Assembly (NCBI RefSeq): GCF_051307035.1
Contig: NZ_CP195536.1
Coordinates: 2,310,001 to 2,342,000 of the forward strand
Origin: Psychrobacter sp. DM4
GTDB lineage: Bacteria > Pseudomonadota > Gammaproteobacteria > Pseudomonadales > Moraxellaceae
DNA length: 32,000 nucleotides
Direction of reading: 5' to 3'
The notes beneath the pieces are model-generated. The model was given only the letters and a program-made list of their open reading frames with translations. It searched no databases and was not told the origin of the DNA. The number at the start of each line of letters is the position of its first letter. Positions within the stretch are counted from its first letter, which is position 1. Shown here one piece after another: positions 1 through 9,440 of the stretch. The position numbers and the translations under genes were made by a program.

Positions 1-48
1 CATTAGGGCGTGTTTAACGGAGCGCTGTTGTAGGGCTATCATATGGAT

Positions 49-702
49 CTATGATGGGTTATGTTGATTCATGATATCGATGACAGGCGGCATAGGTTTT
101 GATAGCTTACTCTCAGCCTGACGCTCCTTTGTGGTTTTGGCATTAATAGCGAGTCCAGAGATGAGAGCGATGTCTTTGACAGCCTTACGCTTACGTGTGG
201 CAAAACTGACTGGCACCATACGCGCGAACTCATAGATATGTAAATAAGACTCTTCACCGCCTTCAAAGTCCTCCTCTTCATCTAGGCGAATGGCCCCAAT
301 CTTGGCAAGATCTGCTAGCATCTCGTTTTCATCAGCGCTGATTTGACAGTCAGTGATCCCAAAGCCCGTCATAAACCCATTAGCCCACTGTTTCAGTGCT
401 ATCACGCGCTCGTACAAGTCATGTTCATCATCTGGCACCAGTGGCGTATAAGAATAAGCATCGTCTTTGTCCTTGAGCTGAAATACTATGTCTTCGCTCT
501 CTTCTGTTAGCAGTGTCAAGGCCGGCTCTGGTAGAGGCGCAAAACTCAGCTCCTCAAATACCTTTGCCCAGACCTGCTCATCGGGAGCATGACAGGCCGT
601 CATCAGTCCTGTCATAAAACCATGTACTTCACTAATAGACACATCATTCCAATCCTCAAATGCGCTCAGCCAAGTATTCCAACCAGAGATATTATCATTC
701 AT
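49..702 (-). CDS. ygfB: UPF0149 / YgfB-family protein
   Basis: 217-aa ORF with an ATG preceded by AGGA about 8 nt upstream. The sequence is acidic and YgfB-like. It is divergent from a zapB-like/zapA pair, the ygfB <> zapA synteny known from Pseudomonas and enterics. Confidence 0.7.
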   Translation of the reverse strand: MNDNISGWNTWLSAFEDWNDVSISEVHGFMTGLMTACHAPDEQVWAKVFEELSFAPLPEPALTLLTEESEDIVFQLKDKDDAYSYTPLVPDDEHDLYERVIALKQWANGFMTGFGITDCQISADENEMLADLAKIGAIRLDEEEDFEGGEESYLHIYEFARMVPVSFATRKRKAVKDIALISGLAINAKTTKERQAESKLSKPMPPVIDIMNQHNPS

Positions 703-903
703 AAACGATCCTAATTATTAAAATGAGCTATGGGTTGTGATAACCAATAGCACGTTTTGTCATCATGTTGTGTTGTACAGTAATGCGTGCAATTACTTTG
801 TTGATATAGATATTATGCGGTCACCTATGGCATTATTAAACATAGTATTGACTCTAACTACTCAAATTCATTTGTAGACGCCACTTAAGGATAAACACTG
901 ACT

Positions 904-1344
904 ATGTATGACCAACTCAAAACATTAGAAAAAACGGTACTTGATATCAAAAAACAGTATCAAACAGTCAGTCATGAGCTCACCCGTCTCAAACAGCAGC
1001 CAACTGCTGATCCAAAAGAACTATCAGCGCTCAAAATCAAGCTCGATAACAGTGATAAAGAGCGTGATAACGCCAAAAAACAAGTCGTTGATTTTGATAA
1101 GCGTTATCAAAGTCTAGCAGAAGCACATCATATGATTGGTGAAGAGCAAGACAAATTGCAGACTCAAATAAGCACTGTAGAGCAACAGAACAACGCGCTT
1201 AAACAAAGTAACGACGAGCTACAGCAGCAAAATGATAAGCTACAAAAGCAAAATAGCGACTTGCAAGAAAAGAATCAACTTGCCGCTGAGCGTACGCAAG
1301 TGGTCTTAAAACGATTGACTCGTATCGATCAAACAGACAGCTGA
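904..1344 (+). CDS. Q/N/K-rich coiled-coil protein, ZapB-like / TIGR02449-like partner of ZapA
   Basis: 146-aa ORF that is almost entirely heptad-like coiled coil (LKQ, QQN, LQ repeats). It lies directly upstream of zapA in the position of the small coiled-coil gene in other gammaproteobacteria. Confidence 0.55.
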   Translation: MYDQLKTLEKTVLDIKKQYQTVSHELTRLKQQPTADPKELSALKIKLDNSDKERDNAKKQVVDFDKRYQSLAEAHHMIGEEQDKLQTQISTVEQQNNALKQSNDELQQQNDKLQKQNSDLQEKNQLAAERTQVVLKRLTRIDQTDS

Positions 1345-1436
1345 TAAACTCATATGGCTATCGGTTATAGCTGTCATTTGCATATTTTTTAAATAGATCG
1401 TTTACCCCATTATTCTTATACTTTGTAGGACTTATT

Positions 1437-1934
1437 ATGACTGACAACCAATCTGATGTATCAAACACTAAGACTGATCATGAACCGCAAACTGCTCAAA
1501 ACAGTCCAAAAAACGAAGCTCAAACGCAAGAAGCGGCTATTAATAAATCAGTAGTAGAACGCCGTGTGTCGGCGAACGATATATCTGATTCTTCGCAATC
1601 CTCTAAGCCTGTGCAGACAAAAGCTGCTGTCGCAAAAGAGCCACAAATGAAGAAAGTAGAGATTACTATCGCTAGCGGCAAATATCCTATCTATTGCCCA
1701 GTACACGAAGAGGAAGAGCTGCGCTCAGCGGTATCTTATATCAATACTTATGCGCTAGAGCTTAGAGCAGAGGCGCCCAATCTGAGCCAAGAGAACTTAT
1801 TAGTACTGTGTTGCTTGAACTTATATGAAAAAATAAACGGCAATAATAAAGATAATGAAGCACGTCGTAATGAGCATGAAAAGACACAAGGTCTGTTAGA
1901 TAAAATCATAAAAGACGCACGGTCTATTTTATAA
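1437..1934 (+). CDS. zapA: Cell division protein ZapA with a ~70-aa low-complexity N-terminal extension
   Basis: AGGA lies 8 nt upstream of the ATG. The C-terminal 95 aa (KVEITIASGKYPIYCPVHEEEELRSAVSYIN...LLVLCCLNL) matches the ZapA fold signature. The N-terminus is Q/S/K/T-rich. Confidence 0.8.
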   Translation: MTDNQSDVSNTKTDHEPQTAQNSPKNEAQTQEAAINKSVVERRVSANDISDSSQSSKPVQTKAAVAKEPQMKKVEITIASGKYPIYCPVHEEEELRSAVSYINTYALELRAEAPNLSQENLLVLCCLNLYEKINGNNKDNEARRNEHEKTQGLLDKIIKDARSIL

Positions 1935-1955
1935 ATTATCCAACCACTGAGGGTG

Positions 1956-2279
1956 TTAACGATAAGTTTTGCCAGCATGAAAGTCTGCTTGATGCTCGTA
2001 ATTGCAAAAGAACAGCTCATTGGTTTGGTTTAAAGTAGGGTTTGTAGTCATAGCAGAACTATTAGTTTGGAGAGTTTCATTCTCTGTAGAAGATAACGGC
2101 ATAGTTTCAACAACGCCGCGATATTCGGCCAAACTATGGCTACAAAAGTTGCAAACACGCGGCGTTGTGACATCGCCTTCTTGTGGCATCATGCTTCTAG
2201 GCGCGCGCGGGTACATGAACTTATAAAATGCCCACATACTGACCCAAATGATAATAAAAATGACAACCGCAGCAAACAC
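1956..2279 (-). CDS. Small membrane-anchored Cys-rich (zinc-ribbon, PP0621-like) protein
   Basis: GTG start with AAGGAG 7 nt upstream. There is an N-terminal TM helix (FAAVVIFIIIWVSMWAFY), then a CxxC (VCNFCSH) and a distal FFCxxxH motif, separated by an S/T/N/Q-rich spacer. Confidence 0.55.
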   Translation of the reverse strand: MFAAVVIFIIIWVSMWAFYKFMYPRAPRSMMPQEGDVTTPRVCNFCSHSLAEYRGVVETMPLSSTENETLQTNSSAMTTNPTLNQTNELFFCNYEHQADFHAGKTYR

Positions 2280-2370
2280 AGCAAAGCTCCTTAGATTAGT
2301 AACCTACCTATAATTAATAGTGTAAATTCTACGTAAATAATCGCTATAGCACCGTCGTTATACTGTTAAT

Positions 2371-2399
2371 AAAAAACTGGCTCACAAAGCCAGTTTTTT
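2371..2399 (-). terminator. Rho-independent terminator downstream of glyS (hairpin flanked by A- and T-tracts)
   Basis: aaaaaaCTGGCTcacaaAGCCAGtttttt: a 6-bp GC-rich stem extendable by A:T pairs, with a T-tract on both strands, 63 nt after the glyS stop. Confidence 0.7.
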
Positions 2400-2461
2400 A
2401 TTAATTGCAACCTGTTATCTTAAACTCATGACTTTCTCTAAACTTGCAGTTTGCGCCACTC

Positions 2462-4555
2462 TCAAAGTTGCAACTCACTGATATCAGCCACAGTCAAAAA
2501 CAGCGCACGCACTTGCTTGAGTAGCGCTAAGCGATTGGCTTTTAGTGCCGCATCTTCGCTATTCACCATCACAGTATCAAAAAACTGGGTAAGCGGCTCA
2601 TCTAAGCGAGCAAGCGTCTGCAACACTGGTGTGTAGTCGGCTGTTTTTAGCAGGGGTGCGACATCATCTTGAGCGTGCTGTATGGCTTGATATAAGTCTT
2701 GTTCGGCACCCTCATTTATCAGCGTCTTATTAATACTATTCACAACGTCGCCTTCAGACTTGGCTAAAATATTAGCCACGCGTTTGTTCGACTCTGAGAG
2801 CATACTCGCTTGCGGCAGCTCACTAAACGCTTGCACCGCACGGATACGTTGATCAAAATCAAGTGGCATATGCGGATTGATCGCTTGCACCGCTTGAATG
2901 GTATCGACGCTAACGCCTTGTTCCGTATACATCGCCCGATAGCGCGAATTTAAAAAGGTCATGACCTGCGTAAAAGTATCGCCCATTTTGGCAATTTTAC
3001 TACCGCTATCATCGCTATACCCTTTAATCGCTTGCTCGACTAGTGCAACGAGATTAATCGGTAATTGCTTCTCGATTAATATACGCAAAATACCAATGGC
3101 TGAACGACGTAAGCTAAACGGATCTTTGGAACCTGTCGGCGCTTGATCAATAGCAAAGATACCGACTAGAGTATCTAAACGGTCTGCTAGTGCCAGACAA
3201 ATACCAATCGGTGTCTGCGGCAGGACATCACCACTAAATTTAGGTAAATATTGCTCCTCAATACTAGCCGCTACTGCTTCTGACTCGCCATTCAAACGCG
3301 CATAGTAAGTTCCAGCAATCCCTTGCAGCTCAGGATATTCTCCGACCAATGAGCTGGCTAAGTCCGCTTTGGACAAGATTGCAGCACGCACGGTTTCGTC
3401 AATATCAATCGTCTGTCCCTGCTCTTGTATTAACGCTGCAATGAAAGCGGCGAGCTTTGCAACACGTTCAGACTTCTGCCAAATCGTCCCCAGCTGATCT
3501 TGAAACACTCGCGTTTTTAGACTGTCAGTTAGTGCAAACAGTGGTTGCTTTTGGTCTTGTAAAAAGAAGAATTCGGCATCCGCTAAACGTGGGCGTACGA
3601 CCTTCTCATTACCTTCTATAATTTGCTTGGGATCTTTTGACTCAATGTTAGTAATAAAAATAAAGTAAGGTTGTAATTTTCCCGCCTTGTCCGTCAGACA
3701 AAAATACTTTTGATCCGCTTGCATAGTTGAGATCAGCGCCTCTTGCGGCACTTGCAAAAAGCGCGGCTCAAAGCTGGCGCGTAGTGCAATTGGGAAATCA
3801 ACGAGCGCCGTGACCTCATCTAACAGACTTTGCGGGATGATAGGATTGGCATTGACTTCATCCGCTAGCGCCTTGACTTGGTTTTTGATGAGCATTTGAC
3901 GCTGATCAAAATCTGCAATGACGTTGAGGTTTTTTAATAGCGCTTCATAGTCATTGGCGTGAGTAATCTTGTGATAATCAGGACTGTGAAAGCGATGACC
4001 ACGAGTTTGCGTACCCGTGTCATGACCCTGAATTGTGGCGTCAATCACTGTGTCATCCTGCATCAATACTACCCACTGTACCGGACGGACAAATTCATCG
4101 CGGCTCGCACCTGAACGCATACGTTTGGCAATTGGTAGATTATCAAGCGCAGTTTGAAAAATGCTAGGTAGTAGCTCAGTGGTCGCTTGACCCTCTATTG
4201 TTTGCTCAAAACCAACGTAATCGCCTTTATCGGTCTTAATAGTCACAAGCTCACTGGCGTCAATGCCCAAACCCTTGGCAAAACCCATTGCAGCGCGCGT
4301 CGGATTACCATCGGCATCAAACGCCGCTTTAATCGCAGGACCGCGCTTTTGCTCACTGCGATTAGGCTGCTTATCACTAATACCTTCAATTTGAATCGCC
4401 AAACGGCGCGGCGCGGCAAAGGCTTTGATACTATCAAAAGTAATATCTGCTTCATTCAACTGCTCTACAACACTGTTCTCTAATGCATCACGAAGCGGTT
4501 TTAGGCTTTTTGGTGGTAGCTCTTCACACCCCAATTCAAATAAAATAGTACTCAT
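2462..4555 (-). CDS. glyS: Glycine--tRNA ligase beta subunit
   Basis: 697-aa ORF with the N-terminus MSTILFELGCEELPPK and full-length GlyS-like sequence. It belongs to the same transcription unit as glyQ. Confidence 0.97.
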   Translation of the reverse strand: MSTILFELGCEELPPKSLKPLRDALENSVVEQLNEADITFDSIKAFAAPRRLAIQIEGISDKQPNRSEQKRGPAIKAAFDADGNPTRAAMGFAKGLGIDASELVTIKTDKGDYVGFEQTIEGQATTELLPSIFQTALDNLPIAKRMRSGASRDEFVRPVQWVVLMQDDTVIDATIQGHDTGTQTRGHRFHSPDYHKITHANDYEALLKNLNVIADFDQRQMLIKNQVKALADEVNANPIIPQSLLDEVTALVDFPIALRASFEPRFLQVPQEALISTMQADQKYFCLTDKAGKLQPYFIFITNIESKDPKQIIEGNEKVVRPRLADAEFFFLQDQKQPLFALTDSLKTRVFQDQLGTIWQKSERVAKLAAFIAALIQEQGQTIDIDETVRAAILSKADLASSLVGEYPELQGIAGTYYARLNGESEAVAASIEEQYLPKFSGDVLPQTPIGICLALADRLDTLVGIFAIDQAPTGSKDPFSLRRSAIGILRILIEKQLPINLVALVEQAIKGYSDDSGSKIAKMGDTFTQVMTFLNSRYRAMYTEQGVSVDTIQAVQAINPHMPLDFDQRIRAVQAFSELPQASMLSESNKRVANILAKSEGDVVNSINKTLINEGAEQDLYQAIQHAQDDVAPLLKTADYTPVLQTLARLDEPLTQFFDTVMVNSEDAALKANRLALLKQVRALFLTVADISELQL

Positions 4556-4596
4556 AATGGACTCTATTTTTATAAATTTTTAATTAATACAAAAGC

Positions 4597-4992
4597 TTAA
4601 TATTCGGCTATCTGCGGCAAATCATCAGTAATGTGATACCAAGGCGCTTTGCTAGCAACAAAGATATGACGTCTAGGGGTGACTTGTGGATCAGTATCCA
4701 AAGTTCCTAGTGGAAATCCTAATACATCAGGCTTGGCATCAAATTTGGTATAAATCTGCGAGCCACAAACACCGCAAAATCCTTTGTGCTCGCCTGCAGA
4801 GGATTCATAAAACGTTAGCAGCTTTTGACCTTGAGTCGTCTGCCAATCTTTCGTCAGCACCACGCCCCGAGTTCGAAACGCACTACTATGCAATTTTCGG
4901 CACATTGAGCAATGACAGTTTAAGACATCGGCTATGTCGCCATTGATTTGATACTGGATACCGCCGCAAAGACAGCTGCCTGCATGACTCAT
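4597..4992 (-). CDS. GFA / CENP-V family (glutathione-dependent formaldehyde-activating-like) zinc protein
   Basis: Cys motifs CLCGG...CHCSMCRK...FCGVCGS are typical of the GFA domain. I chose the ATG at 4992, which has GGAG 6 nt upstream. The ATG at 5004 is an alternative. The track start at 5070 would overlap glyQ. Confidence 0.8.
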   Translation of the reverse strand: MSHAGSCLCGGIQYQINGDIADVLNCHCSMCRKLHSSAFRTRGVVLTKDWQTTQGQKLLTFYESSAGEHKGFCGVCGSQIYTKFDAKPDVLGFPLGTLDTDPQVTPRRHIFVASKAPWYHITDDLPQIAEY

Positions 4993-5011
4993 AATTTGCT
5001 CCATTGGCTTG

Positions 5012-5986
5012 CTACTCACTCTCAGATTTTGGTAGATACTTATCAAGCGCCGCTTGGCGATGTACCTCATCTGCGAGTGGAAAACCTAATTTAGCGCGTG
5101 CTTCGACATAGCCAAAAGCGACTCTGCGTGCCAGCGTACGCACGCGCAATATGAAACGCTGACGCTCAGTGACCGATATCGCGCCGCGAGCATCGAGTAG
5201 GTTAAAGGCATGCGAGGCTTTTAGCACCATCTCGTAGGCTGGCAATGGTAAACCCACATTAACTAGTTTGTCCGCTTGCTGCTCATAAAAGTCAAACATC
5301 TGACCCATCATAGGTACATCAGCGTGTTCAAAATTATAAGTCGACTGCTCCACCTCATTTTGATGAAAGACATCACCATACGTGACGCGTCCAAACTCAC
5401 CATCTGCCCAAACCAAATCATAGACGCTATCGACGCCCTGCACATACATGGCCAAACGCTCAAGACCGTAAGTGATCTCACCTGTGACGGGGAAGCACTC
5501 GATACCGCCCACTTGCTGGAAGTAGGTAAACTGCGTGACCTCCATACCGTTGAGCCAAATCTCCCAGCCAAGTCCCCATGCGCCAAGCGTAGGCGACTCC
5601 CAATTATCTTCAACAAAACGCACATCATGCACGAGCGGATCGATACCAATAGCACGCAAAGAATCCAGATATAGCTCTTGAATATTAGGCGGATTAGGCT
5701 TTAGCACCACCTGAAACTGGTAATAATGCTGCAAGCGGTTAGGGTTGTCGCCATAACGACCATCAGTTGGGCGACGTGAGGGCTGAACATAAGCGGCGTT
5801 CCAGCGCTCAGGACCTAAGGATCGCAAAAACGTCGCCGTATGAAAAGTGCCTGCGCCCATTTCCATATCGTAAGGCTGCAAAATAACGCAGCCTTTTGAC
5901 GCCCAAAAGCTTTGGAGCGTTAAAATCAGATCTTGAAAAGTCATCGGTTGCGTATTTTGGTCTTGGGTCATATCTTGACTGGTCAT
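5012..5986 (-). CDS. glyQ: Glycine--tRNA ligase alpha subunit
   Basis: Strong GlyQ sequence ([34 protein letters not shown]...). The first ATG is at 5986. A GTG three codons upstream at 5995 is the alternative start. Confidence 0.95.
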   Translation of the reverse strand: MTSQDMTQDQNTQPMTFQDLILTLQSFWASKGCVILQPYDMEMGAGTFHTATFLRSLGPERWNAAYVQPSRRPTDGRYGDNPNRLQHYYQFQVVLKPNPPNIQELYLDSLRAIGIDPLVHDVRFVEDNWESPTLGAWGLGWEIWLNGMEVTQFTYFQQVGGIECFPVTGEITYGLERLAMYVQGVDSVYDLVWADGEFGRVTYGDVFHQNEVEQSTYNFEHADVPMMGQMFDFYEQQADKLVNVGLPLPAYEMVLKASHAFNLLDARGAISVTERQRFILRVRTLARRVAFGYVEARAKLGFPLADEVHRQAALDKYLPKSESE

Positions 5987-6152
5987 AATAATCACTATGA
6001 ATGAGGGTTTTTAAATGATAAAAACTTGCGCAGCGGTTTTGCTGACAAGCCATATCTTGCTCACCTTACTAAAAATTGACTATTTTATCCATATTTACGT
6101 CAACTATATTTATAAGGAGCATTAGCTCTACTAGATACCGTAAAATTAAAGC

Positions 6153-6183
6153 AAAAAAATACCCAGATGAATAAACATCTGGG
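6153..6183 (-). terminator. Rho-independent terminator downstream of the pspC-domain gene
   Basis: CCCAGATG-aataaa-CATCTGGG, an 8-bp stem followed on the minus strand by T7 (A-run 6153-6159). Confidence 0.7.
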
Positions 6184-6282
6184 CAGGAGGAAAAGTATAT
6201 CAGTCACCCTGTTCAGTCAGGATTTTATTTTTTTATACATTGTAATTCTTGTTATTACTACTTATTGCTATTAATACATAAT

Positions 6283-6501
6283 TTATTGATAAGAGTGACT
6301 ACTCGCTTTTGGCATAACAATCCAAAGAATCACGTAGATCAAAATACCAGGAACCGCAGCACTCAAGGTTGACACTAAAACAAAAAGTACACGTATCCAC
6401 GTAGGCGACCATCCAAGATACTCTGCAATACCGCCCATCACACCAGCAAGCATACGATTATTGGTAGAACGATGTAATTTTACTAACTTAGCCAAATCCA
6501 A
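6283..6501 (-). CDS. PspC-domain membrane protein
   Basis: 72 aa. LHRSTNNRMLAGVMGGIAEYLGWSPTWIRVLFV matches the PspC-domain signature and is followed by one TM helix. The start is a TTG at 6501 or 6495, downstream of GAGAGG. Confidence 0.75.
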   Translation of the reverse strand: MDLAKLVKLHRSTNNRMLAGVMGGIAEYLGWSPTWIRVLFVLVSTLSAAVPGILIYVILWIVMPKASSHSYQ

Positions 6502-6895
6502 TACCTCTCTGATATTTTATAATTTTAAGTTGAGCTCTTTCTATTTATTGTGAACTAACAATACAATACTGACTCAATTTTTATTCTAATATTTGTCAGT
6601 GCTTTCAACTTATGAATAATTATAGCAAGTATCTCCATAATGTCTGTTGATAGTGTAAGTATGCTTTGTGCATGTTGTGCTAATTAAGGTTGCTACAACC
6701 TATCATTGAGGTCAGTAACCCCCTGATTTTAAATAGATATTTCAAAATGTTTCAAAGGCTATTTGTTGCTCAATTATTACCTGAACTATACTGCTATCTC
6801 CACAATCTGATTACCTCCTTGAGCTTCAATGCTATATAATTCTGCTACATTATCGATAGAACCTCATCAAAAGTGATTGGTTTATAAGGGTTTTT

Positions 6896-7954
6896 ATGCA
6901 CGATGCCGGTCTTATGATAGGTCACTTTGAACCGCTACATTTAGGACAAATGCGCAGTATATTAGACGTAGCAGGTCAAGCCGAAACCTTACACATAGTC
7001 ATCACCAAGCACCCTTCACCGCATCCAGACTTCGCTATTAGCTTACAAGACAAAGCGCGTTGGCTACAGATGGCTTGTGCAGACCTGCCTTTTATAGAGT
7101 TGCATGTCACGGACGAGATTGCCCTGCCAATGCACGAGCACTTATATAAGCACTCAAGTGATATCGCTATAGATATAGACAGTAGCAATGCCAAGTTGCA
7201 GCGTTTGATTGATGATTTAGCTTTACCTAGTGATTCGCCGCTTTTCGTCGCCCAGAATCATCCACTATCGCAACCTGATGTAAGAGAACAGCTAATAATG
7301 GATGTTGTAACAACGCCATTGCAATCTGAGTATGACTCTTATGCTATCGCTTGTGATCCTGTAGCACACTGGTCAGCGATTCATCCAGAGGCGCGCGGCG
7401 ATTATACCAAGACCGTCGCTATCGTTGGCGGTGAGAGCTCTGGCAAGACGACTTTGGTACATAAGCTGGCCAACTATTATGGCGCCGCCTTTGTGCTGGA
7501 GATGGGACGCATATATATCGGTACCGATTTAGGCGGGCGTGAGCTTGGTTTGCAATACAGCGACTATACGCCGATCGTCCTTAACCATGCGCAAGCCATA
7601 CGCGCAGCAAAGGCACAAGCGCGCGCGCCGATTACTATCGTTGATACTGACTTTGTGACGACGCAGGCGTTTTGTGAAGAGTACGAGGGACGCACGCATC
7701 CTTTTGTATCCGCTTGTATTGAGGAGCTACGTTTAGATTATACGATTATGCTCGATAACAATGTGCCTTGGGTCGATGACGGTATGCGCACGCTGGGTGA
7801 TCCTGACGCACGGGGGCGCTTTGAGCAGCGGCTCTTAGATATATTTGCGCGGCATAACATAGAGCCGCATTTGATCGACGAGCTTGATTACGATGCGCGT
7901 TATAAACGAGCCATTATGTTTATTGATAAGCATATCTATAACAAAACAGCTTAA
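6896..7954 (+). CDS. nadR: NadR-type protein: ribosylnicotinamide kinase domain plus a degenerate NMN adenylyltransferase-like domain, no N-terminal HTH
   Basis: Walker A GGESSGKTT and the conserved RNK-domain blocks (QYSDYTPI, TDFVTTQAFCEEYEGRTHPF, VPWVDDGMRTLG) are present. The N-terminal domain aligns to NMNAT (GLMIGHFEPLHLGQ). The gene is followed by pnuC. Confidence 0.85.
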   Translation: MHDAGLMIGHFEPLHLGQMRSILDVAGQAETLHIVITKHPSPHPDFAISLQDKARWLQMACADLPFIELHVTDEIALPMHEHLYKHSSDIAIDIDSSNAKLQRLIDDLALPSDSPLFVAQNHPLSQPDVREQLIMDVVTTPLQSEYDSYAIACDPVAHWSAIHPEARGDYTKTVAIVGGESSGKTTLVHKLANYYGAAFVLEMGRIYIGTDLGGRELGLQYSDYTPIVLNHAQAIRAAKAQARAPITIVDTDFVTTQAFCEEYEGRTHPFVSACIEELRLDYTIMLDNNVPWVDDGMRTLGDPDARGRFEQRLLDIFARHNIEPHLIDELDYDARYKRAIMFIDKHIYNKTA

Positions 7955-8041
7955 ACTAAATAAAAATAGCGTACCTTATAATTTCACGCTCTAGTATTCT
8001 CAAGCCCTTATATTATCCATAACTTTTAGGACAGCACCATT

Positions 8042-8791
8042 ATGCGCATTCAGCTTTTAGATAACATTACGGGTAAATGGTCGATGCAATGGATCGTCAC
8101 TTGGTTCATTTTCGGCGTAATTGCGTTATCTGCAGGGTTTTGGCTCACTACCGATCATACTGGCCTAGATATGTTTTATCTGGGCGTATCATTCATTGGT
8201 CTGATCTGCGTCGTGTCTTTATCCTTTCGCAAAAATATATTGGGCAATGGGTTTGGTATGGGAGCGACCGCTGGTGAGGTTATCGTGCAAGGAACGGCAG
8301 GCTCAGTGGGTTTAATGCTCGCACCCCTATTCAACTTTTTCACCCATTTATACGGCTTATTTTACTGGTCAAAGAACACGGACGCTGATGGCAATATGAT
8401 ACCCAAATCAGCAAACAAGTGGGTGTGGCTGATCACTATCACTTTTATGGTAGTTGGTTTGGCGTTGTTTCCAACTATCAATGACCTGCTTGCCAGCTAC
8501 GGCTATGGGGTCGTTGAAGAAGATAGTAGTCTGTTTTTAGGGTTCATCTCGTTCTTTTGGATTAACGTGATTGCTTTTATCTTGTCTATTACCGCACAGA
8601 CGGCGATGATTTTGCGCTACTCCTTTAACTGGTGGCTTTGGATCATCTCTAACTTCGTCTGGTTGACTGTGAATTTGATGTCAGGCAATTATATCTTTGC
8701 TATTCAAACGATGGTTTATCAAGTCAATTCGTTCGTTGGGCTTTATGAGTGGTATCGTAGCGAGCGCGATTCGGTAGACGTGCCTATCTAG
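8042..8791 (+). CDS. pnuC: Nicotinamide riboside transporter PnuC
   Basis: 249-aa polytopic membrane protein with Trp/Asn-rich PnuC-like helices (FYWSKN, FNWWLWIISNFVWLTVN). It lies 87 nt downstream of nadR. Confidence 0.8.
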   Translation: MRIQLLDNITGKWSMQWIVTWFIFGVIALSAGFWLTTDHTGLDMFYLGVSFIGLICVVSLSFRKNILGNGFGMGATAGEVIVQGTAGSVGLMLAPLFNFFTHLYGLFYWSKNTDADGNMIPKSANKWVWLITITFMVVGLALFPTINDLLASYGYGVVEEDSSLFLGFISFFWINVIAFILSITAQTAMILRYSFNWWLWIISNFVWLTVNLMSGNYIFAIQTMVYQVNSFVGLYEWYRSERDSVDVPI

Positions 8792-8966
8792 CTTAAAGCG
8801 TCATTGATCGATACTTATACTGGAGCTTATGACCGTAGGGTTGTTAGATAAGATGGCGCGATAAGGCAAATAATGCTACAACGGGTTGTATCCGTTCATG
8901 TATTTTGTACCCTGTTACTTAATAATGATTATTTATAAACCATCACTTACTAACATGGAGGTTAGC

Positions 8967-9422
8967 ATGTCTCGTACTTCGCAACAACGGATGTCAAAAC
9001 GCACGCTTGAGCAATGGCTCTCTGAGTATGCGGTCAGTCACCAAAACCTTGTCAACAAAAAAATCCATTGGATGGCCGTACCCACTATCTTTGTCAGTAT
9101 CTTAGGTATGGGGATGTCACTATCTGTCTGGATTACTTTGGTACTGAGTGCTTTGGTTCTACTGTTTTATATGCAGCTCTCAACGCCGCTCTTTTTAGCA
9201 ATGGGTATTTTTATCCTAATTTGTTTGAGTGTTATGGCAACGCTACCAATGGGCTTCAAAGCCTGGGCGTCTGTATTTGTCATTGCATGGATTGGACAGT
9301 TCATCGGGCACAAGATCGAGGGTCAAAAGCCATCGTTTTTTGAAGACTTAAAGTTCTTATTGATCGGTCCAGCTTGGGTTGCGAGCAGTTTGATGGGCGG
9401 CAAAAACAAGCAGACAGCTTAG
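8967..9422 (+). CDS. DUF962 / Mpo1-like membrane protein
   Basis: The EYAVSHQNLVNKKIHWMAVP motif (H..N....H..P) plus TM helices identify it. I chose the ATG at 8967, with GGAG 6 nt upstream. The track TTG at 8886 adds an implausible extension. Confidence 0.75.
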   Translation: MSRTSQQRMSKRTLEQWLSEYAVSHQNLVNKKIHWMAVPTIFVSILGMGMSLSVWITLVLSALVLLFYMQLSTPLFLAMGIFILICLSVMATLPMGFKAWASVFVIAWIGQFIGHKIEGQKPSFFEDLKFLLIGPAWVASSLMGGKNKQTA

Positions 9423-9440
9423 TATTACGAATTTTAGACA

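Noticed and set aside
1935-2280. Expected 6S RNA (ssrS) immediately downstream of zapA
   Set aside because: I see no recognisable similarity to the enterobacterial 6S sequence and no obvious long closing helix. The interval is occupied by a minus-strand ORF with a strong AAGGAG-GTG start, a TM helix and Cys motifs. I cannot run a covariance model, so this is not excluded, only unsupported.
5276-5674. Long ORFs on the opposite strand or in alternative frames inside glyQ (132 aa and 115 aa), glyS (4187-4483, 4243-4455), the methyltransferase (13144-13512), sulP, the AGCS gene and ahpF
   Set aside because: All lie entirely within confidently identified genes. They have S/R/L/C-rich shadow-ORF composition, no SD sequences and no recognisable motifs. 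They are typical antisense artefacts.
6630-6809. Imperfect direct repeat TATCTCCAYAAT(G)TCTG (6630-6646 and 6795-6809) in the 395-bp region upstream of nadR
   Set aside because: It has one mismatch and one indel in about 16 bp of AT-rich DNA, which by rough estimate is borderline against chance. There is no known NAD-regulator motif to relate it to. It is worth a motif search but not reportable as a site.
8886-8966. N-terminal extensions implied by the ORF track's first TTG/GTG/ATG starts (also 10004-10078, 11886-11981, 19043-19105, 22382-22408, 25954-25980, 26813-26890, 4993-5070)
   Set aside because: In each case an internal ATG has a good Shine-Dalgarno sequence and yields the expected N-terminus, such as a lipoprotein signal, the LysR HTH or a family consensus. 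The extension is either junk-like or overlaps the upstream gene.
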